Assembly (NCBI RefSeq): GCF_009914755.1
Contig: NC_060928.1
Length of the DNA stretch: 64,000 nt
DNA from: the human T2T-CHM13v2.0 reference genome, Homo sapiens
Strand: one strand, 5' to 3'
Shown: one piece after another, positions 1 to 12,000 of the stretch
How the letters are laid out: every line of letters begins with the position of its first letter
How positions within the stretch are numbered: the first letter of the stretch is position 1
Notes under the pieces: model-generated
What the model was told of the DNA's origin: nothing
The model's database searches: none
The model's input: only the letters and a program-made list of their open reading frames with translations
Program-made: the position numbers and the translations under genes

Positions 1-1070
1 TGTTAGTGTGCTCTGGTGTTGGGTGCATATATAGTTATAATTGTTACATATTCTACTATAGTGATCATTTTATCATTATATTATGTTCTTCTTTGACTAT
101 TTTTTTTTTTTAGATGGAGTTTCACTCTTGTTGCCCAGGCTGGAGTGCAGTGTTGTGATGTCGGGTCACTGAAACCTCTGCCTCCTGGGTTCAAGTGATT
201 CTCCTGCCTCAGCCTCCTGAGTAGCTGGGATTACAGGCACCTGCCACCATGCCTGGCTATTTTTTATTTTTATTTTTAGTAGAGATGGGGTTTCGCCATG
301 CTGGCCAGGCTGGTCTCAAACTCCTGATCTCAGGTCATCCACCTGCCTCTGCCTCCCAAAGTGCTGGGATTACAGGCATGAGTCACTGTGCCCAGCCCTT
401 CTTTGACTCTTATAACAGATTTGAATCAAAGTCTATTTTGTCTTGCGTAAGTATAGCTACTCCTGCTCTATTCTGGTTACCATTTTCATAGAATATCTTT
501 TTCTATACCTTTATTAATAGCCTATATGTATCTTTAAATGTAAAGTAAGCTTTCTTGTAGACAGCATGCAGTTGGGTCTTTTTTTTCTTTAAGAAACTAT
601 TGAGACACTCTTTGTCTAGAGCAAACGCAGTGAAGTAGTGATTTTAATCCACTTGCATTTAAGGTAATTATTGACAAGCAAGGATTTACTATAGCCATTT
701 TATTAGTTGTTTGCTGTTAAACTTATCTTTCATCTGTGTTTTTATCTATTGTTGTTTTCCTTGTTTTTGGTGACATTTTATATTGATGTGCTGTGATTCC
801 TTTCTCCTTTCTTCAGTGTAATTTATATATATATATATAGTGGTTACCTTGGGCTTACTTAAACTATCTTATTATAACAGTCTATTTTTAGTTGCTAACA
901 ATTAGTTTCATTGCATTTAAAGACTCTATACTTTAACTACCCCCATACACTTTTTGTTATTGGTATTATAATTTACATATATTCATACATGTATCTGTAA
1001 CATACTTTTTGATTATAGTTATATTTAATATATTTGTGTTTAAACATTTTATTAGAATTAAAAGAGCTTT
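1..1070 (-). mobile_element. Old L1M fragment (ORF1/ORF2 junction and endonuclease region), interrupted by an Alu
   Basis: Diverged L1 antisense motifs: ggtgttgggtgcatatata, aagtctattttgtct, gtagacagcat..gttgggtctt, tttaaggtaattattga. Confidence 0.7.
99..397 (-). mobile_element. AluS, full length
   Basis: Poly-T followed by agatggagtttcactcttgttgcccaggctggagtgcag ... gtgcccagcc. Confidence 0.95.
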
Positions 1071-1076
1071 AACCAG

Positions 1077-1119
1077 GGCCGGTGCGGTGGCTCATGCCGG
1101 TAATTCCAGCACTTTGGGA
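1077..1119 (+). mobile_element. Alu 5' stub (3' part missing)
   Basis: ggccggtgcggtggctcatgccggtaattccagcactttggga, then an abrupt end. Confidence 0.85.
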
Positions 1120-1648
1120 ATCTATTTTTTCTATTTTTCCTTCCAACCTCAGATGAACTACTTCTCCACTCCTAATCTTGGTCTCCACATCTGTTAAATG
1201 AGGAGAATGATCTATACCAGTTTTATGGGCCTGCTCAGCACTAATGCATTCCACTCCAGAATAAAATTTTGGAAAATGTGTTTATCTGTCTTTCCAACCA
1301 CAACAAATTACTTCCATGTACTCTCTGCCGATTGACTTCTTAAAGCAAACTCCAGTATCAGATCCCTTCTGAATGGCTTCAGTGAGTTATTTGGGTCATT
1401 CCAGCTTTGGGAAGAATTCCAATAAATCATCAGCAAAATTCCACATGCCATGGGGGTAAAAAGCAACTTCTTTCCCTCCTTCCTGGCCTGGGTTTTTGGA
1501 AGTGACTCTCTCCACTCTGTCCGTGTGCATTCAGTAGGAATGCATTTGGATGGAAAGTATCCTGGGCTAGACCCTCATTCATTACCACACCCTCCCTTGG
1601 ACTCTTGCACCAGTGCCCTTGCTGGTCTCCCCAACCCCAGGTTACTAG

Positions 1649-1785
1649 GAGTAGTTCACCAACTTTAGTATGTACAAGAATGACTCAGGGAGCAGACTTA
1701 AAGTGCATATTTTCAGGTTTCACCTTGGGCATTTCTGTTTCAGTAGGAAGACAGTAGCCCCAGGACCATACTTTGAGAAACACTG
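1649..1785. mobile_element. MER5-like hAT-Charlie MITE
   Basis: Starts gtagttcaccaacttt and ends ggaccatactttgagaaacactg. Confidence 0.6.
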
Positions 1786-3696
1786 AACTACAGCACAGGG
1801 TGCTTGTAGGGAATGCACATTAAGGCCAGGGAGGACAGGGCCAAATCACTGGGGGCCTTCAATACCAGGATTAGTAATCAGGGTCTTGGACTTTCTGTGC
1901 TAAGTGATTAATGGAAAGGCAAGTTAGGCTCTATGGACTAGGGTAGAAGCAACATGAGAATTTTGGTCTGGTGGGAGCATTTACCTGGTGAGAAATTTTA
2001 AGGGAAGAAATGATGCACACCTTGTATTGGCCTAACTAATAGGGTGGTGCTATGGAAGGAAACTGGCAGACATTACAGAGAAAACCTGATTCATGTGCTC
2101 CATAGCGAAATCCTCAGGGCTTCTGGAGAATTCGTCAACTGAAATTGTTTTCTTTGACAGTACAAGTAAGCTTATTTAAAGACAGAACTAACCTCTTCTC
2201 TAGCTGCCTGCTAGTCAGTTTCCTTACCTTCCTACCAATGTGTGAACACTATTCAGTCTTCCCAGATTTTGTTTTCTGCAGAAATTCTTTCCTCTCTCAC
2301 CTGTCTCTTATATAAGAGTCTTGTTTTTATTTTTGTTCCTTTACTCTTCTAACCAACAGACACCCTCAGAGGCAATTAAATCCTCTGTTTATAAAATAAC
2401 TAAATGTCCTTAAGTCATTCTTTGCCAGTTTATTTCTGGAAGATCCATAGAAGTGTTGTTCACCTGGATCTATCATAGCAGATATATAATTGGATAGGGA
2501 AAGGGTTTCTGTAACATTCTTCATCAAGATATTTTAAAAACTCTTCAGTATCTTCTCACAAATCAACATAATCCTACTAGTCAGAGATAGCCACTTCAAC
2601 ATTTGGCACAAAGACTCCCAGATTTATTTGTTTGTTTATTTATACATACCAAAACAAGATCATAACATATGTGTTGTTTTGCAAACTGCCTTAGATGCCT
2701 GGATTTGTTTTTAAACTTAACAATGTATTGTAGGTATGTTTCCATATCAACAAAGGGAGAGCTTTTTTCATCATTTAAAAAAGCTGTGTGGTATAACATT
2801 ATATAGATAAATATTTATTTAGTTGATTGCAACTGTTGGAAATTTAGGTTGTTTCAAGTTTTTACTTTTATAAACCATGTTTACATGACTATCCTTAAAC
2901 AAACATGTATGGAAAGTTCTTCATGCTCTGTCTCCTTCCTGCCTCTCTAGTCTCATTTATTGTACTTCCCCACCTGTTCTTTATATGCATATCATAATGA
3001 ACTACAATTCCTTTTAGGTACCATGCATTCTCCTCCCTCTGAGCATTTGCACGTTATTCCATTTCCTCAGAATACTCTTCCTAATCTCTCACTGCCAGGC
3101 TAATCTTTACTCTACTTAGATCCTTTCCTCTGGGAAATTTGTTGGATTCTTTGAGTTACACTAGCTAATGGTGTAACTACATACTGCAGGAGAACCCTGA
3201 CCTACCTAGGCGTCATTATAACTGAATATGTAGCCCAAAGTCTCTTCTTGCTTGTAACTCCATGAGAGCTGAGGATGGGGAGCACAGCATTTTTTTTTCA
3301 CTGCTGATCCCCCACATCTACAGCCATGCATGGCATATAGAAGGTTCTTGAAAGTATGTATTGAACAAAATGGAGACATTTATTAATTTGTTGTGTGCTT
3401 AGGATACATTGCCAGAAGAAAAGTTGCTGGGATAGGGAATGCTTAAGACTTTTGTTATGTTACATCAAATTGCCTCCAAATAGAAGCACAAGTTTCTCTA
3501 CATCTTGGCATATATTGAGTGTTATTTTATGTTTTGCCAACCTGATATACAGAATTATTATCTCATTATTTGATTTACATTTCTTTTTTGGTGAATTACT
3601 ATTAATGTCATTTTCCAATTTGTATTGGGGTATTTATCACATTTTTATTAATTTGTAAGGAATATTTATATATTAAGGTATTTACATATTACTATT

Positions 3697-3735
3697 TCTT
3701 TTTTTTTTGGAGATGGAGTCTTGCTGTCTCCCAGG
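3697..3735 (-). mobile_element. Very short 5'-truncated Alu
   Basis: Poly-T plus ggagatggagtcttgctgtctcccagg. Confidence 0.7.
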
Positions 3736-4011
3736 CACAATGCCATTATTTCCTTTCAAGCCTTTTGTCTTCACCAAACTGTTATAATCATTACCTCATT
3801 TGGGGTTGGGAGATTGGGAAAAACTTAGCTCCTCTTATCCTGCTTTTTTTCTCATTTTTTTTTTATCTCTATCTTAGGTCATTTCCATTCTCAATTCTTC
3901 AGCTTTTGAAACACAAAAGCCAAGAGAAGAATTTCTTTTACCACTGTTTCAATTACAATATCCCTTCCTGAGATATGGGGCTTAGAATAGCATAATTTGC
4001 TTAATGGGGGA

Positions 4012-6560
4012 AGGTCTAAGTCTCTTTGTAGGTCTCTAAGGACTTGCTTTATGAATCTGGGTGCTCCTGTATTGGGTGCATATATATTTAGGATAGTTAG
4101 GTCTTCTTGGTGAATTGATCCCTTTACCATTATGTAATGGCCTTCTTTGTCTCTTTTGATCTTTGTTGGTTTAAAGTCTGTTTTATCAGAGACTAGAATT
4201 GCAACCCCTGCTTTTTTTTTTTTTTTTTTTTTTTTGCTTTCCATTGCTTGGTAGATCTTCCTCCATCCCTTTATTTTGAGCCTATGTGTGTCTCTGCACG
4301 TGAGATGAGTCTCCTGAATACAGCACACTGATGGGTCTTGACTCTTTATCCAATTTGCAAGTCTGTGTCTTTTAATTGGTGCATTTAGCCCATTTACATT
4401 TAAGGTTAATATTGTTAGGTGTGAATCTGATCCTTTCATTTTGATGTTAGCTGGTTATTTTGCTCATTAGTTGATGCAGTTTCTTCCTAGCATCAGTGGT
4501 CTTTACAGTTTGGCATGTTTATACAATGGCTGGTACTGGTTGTTCCTTTCCATGTTTAGCTCTTTCTTCTGGAGCTCTTGTAAGGCAGGCCTGGTGGTGA
4601 CAAAATCTCTCAGTATTTGTCTGTAAAGGATTTTATTTCTCCTTCACTTATGAAACTTAGTTTGACTGGATATGAAATTCTGGGTTGAAAATTCTTTCTT
4701 TAAGAATGTAGAATATTGGCCCCCACTCTCTTCTGGCTTGAAGAGTTTCTGCTGAGAGATCAGCTGTTAGTCTGATGGGCTTCCCTTCATAGGTAACCCG
4801 ACCTTTCTCTCTGGCTGCCCTTAACATTTTTTCTTTCATTTCAACCTTGGTGAATCTTACAATTATGTGTCTAGGCATTCCTCTTCTCAAGGAGTATCTT
4901 TGTGGTGTCCTCTGTATTTCCTGAATTTGAATGTTGGCTTGCCTTGCTAGGTTGGGGAGGTTTTCCTGGATAATATCCTGAAGAGTGTTTTTCCAGTTTG
5001 GTTCCATTCTCCCCATCACTTTCAGGTATGCCAATCAAAAGTAGATTTGGTCTTTTCACATAGTCCCATATTTCTTGGAGGCTTTATTCATTTCTTTTTA
5101 CTCTTTTTTCTCTAATCTTCTCTTCTCACTTCATTTCATTAATGTGATCTTCAATTGCTGATACCCTTTCTTCCACTTGATTGAATCAGTTACTGAAGCT
5201 TGTGCATGTATCACGTAGTTCTCATGCCATGGTTTTCGGTTCCATCAGGTCATGTAAGCTCTTCTTTACACTGTTTATTCTAGTTAGCCATTCATCTAAT
5301 CTTTTTTCAAGGTTTTTAGCTTACTTGCAATGGGTTTGAATTACCTCCTTTAGCTTGGAGAAGTTTGTTATTACCTACCTTCTGAAGCCTACTTTTGCCA
5401 ACTCATCAAAGTCATTCTCTGTCCAGCTTTGTTCTGTTGCTGGCAAGGAACTGCGATCCTTTGGAGGAGAAGTGGCACCCTGGTTTTTAGAATTTTCAGC
5501 TTTTCTGCTCTGGTTTCTCCCCATCTTTGTGGTTTTTATCTACCTTTGGTCTTTGATGATGGTGACCTACAGATGTGGTTTTGGTGTGGATGTCCTTTTT
5601 GTTGATGTTGATGCTATTCCTTTCTGTTTGTTAGTTTTCCTTCTAATAGTCAGGTCCCTCAGATGCAGGTCTATTGGAATTTGCTGGAGGTCCACTCCAG
5701 ACCCTGTTTGCCTGAATATCACCAGTGGAGACTGCAGAGCAGCAAATATTGCAGAACAGCAAATATTGCTGCCTGGTCCTTCTTCTGGAAGCTTCGTCTC
5801 AGAGGGGCATGTGGCTGTATGAGGTGTCAGTCGGCCCCTACTGGGAGGTGTCTCCCAGTTAGGCTACTGGGGCTCAGGGACCCACTTGAGGAGGCAGTCT
5901 GTCTGTTCTCAGAGCTCACACACAGTGCTGGGAGAACCACTGCTCTCTTCAGAGGTGTCAGACAGGGATGTTTATATCTGCAGAAGTTTCTGCTGCCTTT
6001 TGTTCAGCTATGCCCTTCCCCCAGAGATGGAGTCTACAGAGGCAGGTGGGCCTTGTTGAGCTGCAGTGGGCTCCAACCAGTTTGAGCTTCCAGGCTGCTT
6101 TGTTTACCCCCTCAAGCCTCAGCAATGGTGGATGGCCCTCCTGCAGCCAGGCTGCCACCTAGCAGTTCAATCTTGGACTGCTGCGCTAGCATTGAGCAAG
6201 GCTCCGTGGGTGTGGGACCCTCTGAGCCAGGCATGGAATATAATCTCCTGGTGTGCTGTTTGCTAAGACCATTGGAAAAGCACAGTATTTAGGTGGCAGT
6301 GTCCCGATTTTCCCAGTACAGTCTATCATGGCTTCCCTCAGCTAGGAAAGGGAAATCCCTGGACTGCTTGTGCTTCCTGGGTGAGGCGATGGCCCACCCT
6401 GCTTTGGCTTGCCCTCCATGGGCTACACCCACTGTTCAACCAGTCCCAATGTGGTGAACCAGGTATCTCAGTTGGAAATGCAGAAATCACCCATCTTCTG
6501 CGTCAATCATGCTGGGAGCTGCAGACCAGAGCTGTTCCTATTCCACCATCTTGGAATAGA
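4012..6560 (-). mobile_element. L1PA 5' portion (5'UTR, ORF1, start of ORF2 endonuclease); 3' end missing
   Basis: ORF track: ORF1 peptide (NTLQDIIQENLPNLARQANIQIQEIQR) and ORF2 peptide (LTLNVNGLNAPIKRHRLANWIK). L1 similarity stops after ...RDLQRDLD at ~4012. Confidence 0.95.
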
Positions 6561-6736
6561 TCCCCTCATTTATCTTAGTTTTAAAAATTCTTCTTTTACT
6601 AAGCAAAGTGGACAGACTAAAAATGTAAATAAAATATATATAACTCACTTGAATATATGTATATAAATCTTTTTAATGAAACAGGATTTCCTTTTTTTTT
6701 GCCTTAAAAAGGAAAGGCTAAACCACTTAAATTTAC

Positions 6737-6820
6737 CTTAATACAAACTCCCCCAGCCTTTAGAGGCTCAACTTGCATTTCTTCAATTGAAAGAGAACTG
6801 GCTGCCTGGCATGTGGTTGT
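6737..6820 (-). pseudogene. Relic ADH exon 2 (class VI/Adh6a-like), TTTCQAASSLSIEEMQVEPLKAGGVCIK
   Basis: Minus strand reads ctgcag|ACA ACC ACA TGC ... TGT ATT AAG|gtaaat. Both splice sites and phase 0/0 match ADH1A exon 2 ([34 protein letters not shown]). It is 84 nt versus 102 nt, an 18-nt in-frame deletion. Confidence 0.85.
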
Positions 6821-6868
6821 CTGCAGATACAAGGAAAACGAAATGACATTATTTAACAATAACATTTA

Positions 6869-7285
6869 TGTATTAGTTCATTCTTACAGTGCTATAAAGA
6901 AATACCTGAGACCGAGTAATTTATAAAGAAGAGAGGTTTAATTAGCTCACAGTTCTTCAGGCTGAATAGCAAGCATAGTGGCTTCTGCTTGGCTTCTGGA
7001 GAGGGCTCAGGGAACTTACAATCATGGTGGAGGCAAATAGGAAGCAGGAACATCTTACATGCCTGGAGTAGGAGGAAGGGAGTGAGGGGGGAGGTGATAC
7101 AAACTTTTAAACAAACAGATCTCATGAGAACTCTGTCATGAGAGCAGCACCAAAGTGATGGTGCTAAACCACTGATGAAAGATCCACTCCTGTGAGCTAA
7201 TCTCTTCTCATCAGGTCCTACCTCCAACACTGGAGATTACAATTCAACATGAGTTATGGGTAGGAACAAAAATCGAGACCATATT
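6869..7285 (-). mobile_element. MaLR solo LTR (MSTA/MSTB-like)
   Basis: tgtattagttcattct...gctataaagaaatacctgagac...aattcaacatgag...accatatt. Confidence 0.85.
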
Positions 7286-7484
7286 AATTTATCTTTTTTT
7301 CTGATTACTCAAATGACTGTTACTTGTTATAATTTGTAAAAATGCAAAAAAAATCATTAAAAAAGATCACATGCAATTTCAGGTGCAAGCTGCTGAAATT
7401 TTAGCATATTTCCTTCCAGTCTTTCAGTGTAATTTTTATATAGTTGAGATGTCATACAAGCAATTTTATATTCTGCTTATTAAA

Positions 7485-8900
7485 AAATTTTTTTAATTTT
7501 AGCTTTTGTGAGTACATAGTAGGTGTATATTTTTATGAGAATGTTAGCTGTTTTGTATAACCATGCAATGCATAATAATCAAATCATGTAAGTGGGGTAT
7601 CCGTCTTCTAAAACATTTATCCTTTGTGTTGCAAGCTATGCATTTATACCTTTTTATTTATTTTAAAATGTGCAATCAAATTATTATTGACTATAGTCAC
7701 CCTGTTGGGCTATCAAATACTAGGTCTTATTCTTTCTAACTACTTTTTTTGTACCGATTAACACTTGCCAGCTTCCCTCCCACCTCTGTACTCCCTTTGC
7801 CAGCCTCTGATAACCATCCTTCTATTCTCTTTCTCCATAAGTTCAATTGTTTTGATTTTCAGATTCCACAAATAAATGAGAACATGTAAAGTTTCTCTTT
7901 CTGTGCCTGGCTTATATCAGTTAGCATAAGGACCTCCAGTTCCATCCATGTTGCTGCAAATGACAGGATATCATTCCTTTTTTTATGGCTGAATAGTACT
8001 CCATTGTGTATAAGTACCATATTTTCTTTTTTCAGTCATCTGTTCATGGACACTTAGGTTGCCACCAAATTTTTGCTATTGTGAACAGTGCTGCAACAAA
8101 CATGGGAGTGCAGATATTTCTTTGATTCACTCATTTCCTTTCTTTTGTGTATATACCCAGCAGTGGGATTGCTGGATTATGTGGTAGCTCTATTTTTGGT
8201 TTTTTGAGGAACCTCCAAATTGTTCTCTGTAGTGGTTGTACTAATTTACACTCCCATCAATAGTGTATGAAGTTTCCCTTTTTTCACATTCTTGCCAGCA
8301 TTTGTTATTGCCTGTCTTTTGGATATAAGCCAACTTAACTGGGGTGATATAATATCTCATTGTAGCTTTGATTTGCCTTTCTTTGATGATCAATGATGTT
8401 GAGAACCTTTACATATGCCTGTTTACCATTTGTATATCTTCCTTTGAGAAATGTTTATTAAAATAGTTTGCCCATTTTTAAATTGGATAATTAGAGTTTT
8501 TTTCCTATAGGGTTGTTTGAGCTCCTTATATATTTTGGTTATTAATTCATTGTCAGATGGGTAGTTTGCAAATATTTTCTCCCATTCTGTGGGTTGTCTC
8601 TTCACTTTGTTGACTGTTTGTTTTACTATACAGAAGCTCTTGAACTTCATGTGATCTCATTTGTCCATGTTTGCTTTGGTTGTCTGTGCTTGTAGGGTAT
8701 TAATTAGGAAATTTTTGCCCAGACCAATGTGCCAGAGAGTTTCCACAATGTTTTCTTTTAGTAGTTTAATAGTTTGAGGTCTTAGATTTAAGTCATTAAT
8801 CCATTTTGATTTGATTTTTGTATATGATGAGAGACAGAGGTCAAGCTTCATTCTTCTGCTTATGGATATACAGTTATCCTAACACCATGTATTGAAGAGA
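7485..8900 (-). mobile_element. L1MA-type 3' fragment
   Basis: L1MA-type 3'UTR and ORF2 C-terminal peptides ([36 protein letters not shown]). Confidence 0.85.
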
Positions 8901-9041
8901 TCTTTTTTTATACTCTATTTTTTTGCTAATAACAGTCACCATTTATTGAACAGTTACCGTTTACTTGTTCATATGAATTTTCTCATGACTTTGAAATGCT
9001 TTCTAATCATAATTGTAAATGGCTACTTTTAGTACTCTATC

Positions 9042-12000
9042 TTTTTTTATTATACTTTAAGTTCTGGCATACATGTGCAGAACATGCAGGTTTGTTACAT
9101 AGGTATACACGTTCCATGGTGGTTTGCTGCACCCATCAACCTGTCATCTACATTAAGTATTTCTCTTAATGCTATTCTTCCCCTTGCCCTTCACTCCCCA
9201 ACGGGCCCTGGTGTGTGATGTTCCCCTCCCTTTGTCCATGTAGTTCTCATTCTTCAACTACCAATTATGAGTGAGAACATGTGGTGTTTGGTTTTCTGTT
9301 CCTGTGTTAGTTTGCTGAGAATGATGGTTTCCAGCTTCACACATGTCCCTGCAAAGGACGTGAACTCATTTTTTTATGGCTGCATAGTATTCCATGGTGT
9401 ATATGTGCCACATTTTCTTTATCCCGTCTATCATTGATGGGCATTTGGGTTGGTTCCAAGTCTTTGCTATTGTGAATAGTACTGCAATAAACATATGTGT
9501 GAATGTGTCTTTATAGTAGAATGGTTTATAATCCTTTGGATAGATACCCAGTAATGGGATTGCTGGCTGAAATGATATTTCTGGTCCTAGATCCTTGAGG
9601 GATTGCCACACGGTCTTCTGCAATGTTTGAACTAATTTACACTCCCACCAACAGCATAAAATCATTCCTATTTCTCCACATTCTCACCAGCATCTGTTGT
9701 TTGCTGACTTTTTAATGATTGCCATTCTAACTGGTGTGAGATGGTAATTTGCTGTGGTTTTGACTTGCATTTCTCTAATGACCAGTGATGATGAGCTTTT
9801 TTTCATGTTTTTTGGCTGCGTAAATGTATTCTTTTGAGAAGTGTCTGTTCATATCCTTTGCCTACTTTTTGATGGGGTTGTTTGTTTTTTTTTCTTGTAA
9901 ATTTGTTTAAGTTCCTTGTAGATTCTGAATATTAGACCTTTGTCAGATGGATAGATTGCAAAATTTTCTCCCATTCTGTAGGTTGCCTGTTCATTCTGAT
10001 AATAGTTTCTTTGCTGTGAAGAAGCTCTTTAGTTTAATTAGATCCCATTAGTCAATGTTGGCTTTTGTTGCAATTGTTTTTGGTGTTTTAGTCATGAAGT
10101 CTTTGCCCATGCCTATGTCCTGAATGGTATTGCCTAGGTTTTCTTCTAAGGTTTTTATGGTTTTAGGTTTTACATTTAAGTATTAAATTCATCTCAAGTT
10201 AATTTTTGTATAAGGTGTAAGTAAGGGGTCCAGTTTCAGTTTTCTGCATATGGCTAGCCAGTTTTTTCAGCACCCTTTATTAAATAGGGAATCCTTTCCC
10301 CATTGCTTGTTTTTGTCAGGTTTGTTGATGATCAGATGGTTGTAGATGTGTGGTGTTATTTCTGAGGTCTCTTTTCTGTTCCATTGGTCTATATGTCTGT
10401 TTTGGTACCAGTACCATGCTGTTTTGGTTGCTGTAGCCTTGTAGTATAGTTCGAAGTCAGGTAGCATGATGCCTCCAGCTTTGTTCTTTGTGCTTAGGAT
10501 TGTCTTGGCTATACAGACTCTTTTGTGGTTCCATATAAAATTTAAGGTAGTTTTTCTAATTCTGTGAAGAAAGTCAGTGGAGCTTGATGGGAATAGCATT
10601 GAATCTATATATTACTTTGGGCAGTATGACCATTTTCATGATATTGATTCTTCCTATCCATGAGCACAGAATGTTTTTCTATTTGTTTGTGTATTCTCCT
10701 ATTTCCTTGAGCAGTGATTTGTAGTTCTCCTTGAAGAGGTTCTTCACATCCCCTTTAAGTTGTATTCATAGGTATTTTATTCTGTTTGTAGCAATTGTGA
10801 ATGGGAGTTCACCCATGATTTGGCTCTTTGTTTGTCTGATATTGATGTATAGGAATGCTTGTGATTTTTGCACAATGATTTTGTATCCAGAAACTTTGCT
10901 GAAGTTGCTTATCAGCTTAAGGAGGTTTTGGGCTGAGATGATGGGGCTTTCTAAATATACAATCATGTCATCTGCAAACAGAGACAATTTGACTTCCTTT
11001 CTTCCTATTTGAATACATTTTATTTCTTTCTCTTGCCTGATTGCCCTGGCCAGAACTTCCAATACTATGTTAAATAGGAGTGGTGAGAGAGGGCATCCTT
11101 GTCCTATGCTGAATTTCAAAGGGAATGCTTCCAGCTTTTGCCCATTCAGTATGATATTGGCTGTGGGTTTGTCATAAATATCTCCTATTTTTTGAGATAT
11201 ATTGTGTTAATATCTAGTTTTTTGAGTGTTTTTAGCATGAAGCGGTGTTGAATTTTATCGAAAGTCTTTTCTGCATCTATTGAGATAATCATGTGGTTTT
11301 TGTCATTGGTTCTGTTTATGTGATGGATTACGTTTGTTGATTGGTGTATGTTGAACCAGACTTGCATCCCAGGGATGAAGCTGACTTGATTGTGGTAGAT
11401 AAGCCTTTTGATGTGTTGCTGGATTTGGTTTGCCAGTATTTTATTGAAGATTTTCACATCGATATTCATCAGGGATATTGGCCTGATATTTTCTTTTTTT
11501 TGTTGTTGTGTTTCTGCCAGGTTTTGGTATTAGGATGATGCTGGCCTCATAAGATGAGTTATGGAGGACTCCCTCTTTTTCTATTGTTTGGAATAGTTTT
11601 AGAAGGAATGGTATAAGCTTCTCTTTGTACCTCTGGTAGAATTAGGCTGTGAATCTATCTGGACCTGGGTTTTTTTTTGGTTGGTAGAGTATTAATTCCT
11701 GCCTCAATTTCTGAAGTTGTTATTGGTCTATTCAGGGATTCAACTTCTTCCTGGTTTAGTGTTTAGGGAGTGTATGTATCCAGGAATGTATCCATTTCTT
11801 CCAGGTTTTCTAGTTTATTTGTGTGGTGGTGTTTATATATTCTCTGATGGTAGTTTCTATTTCTGTGGGATCAGTGGTGATTTTCCCTTTATCATTTTTT
11901 ATCGTGTCTATTGATTCTTCTCTCTTTTCTTCTTTATTAGTCTGGCTGGTGGTCTATCTATTTTGTTGATCTTTTCAAAAAACCAACTCCTGGATTCATT

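Noticed and set aside
1069-1254. ORF beginning MECISAEQ, superficially like [11 protein letters not shown]
   Set aside because: The rest is MIR-like and Alu sequence, with no ADH motifs or matching splice phases
2495-2525. gaaagggtttct, resembling ADH1A exon 2 sequence
   Set aside because: The match is only ~11 bp and the flanks do not translate to ADH
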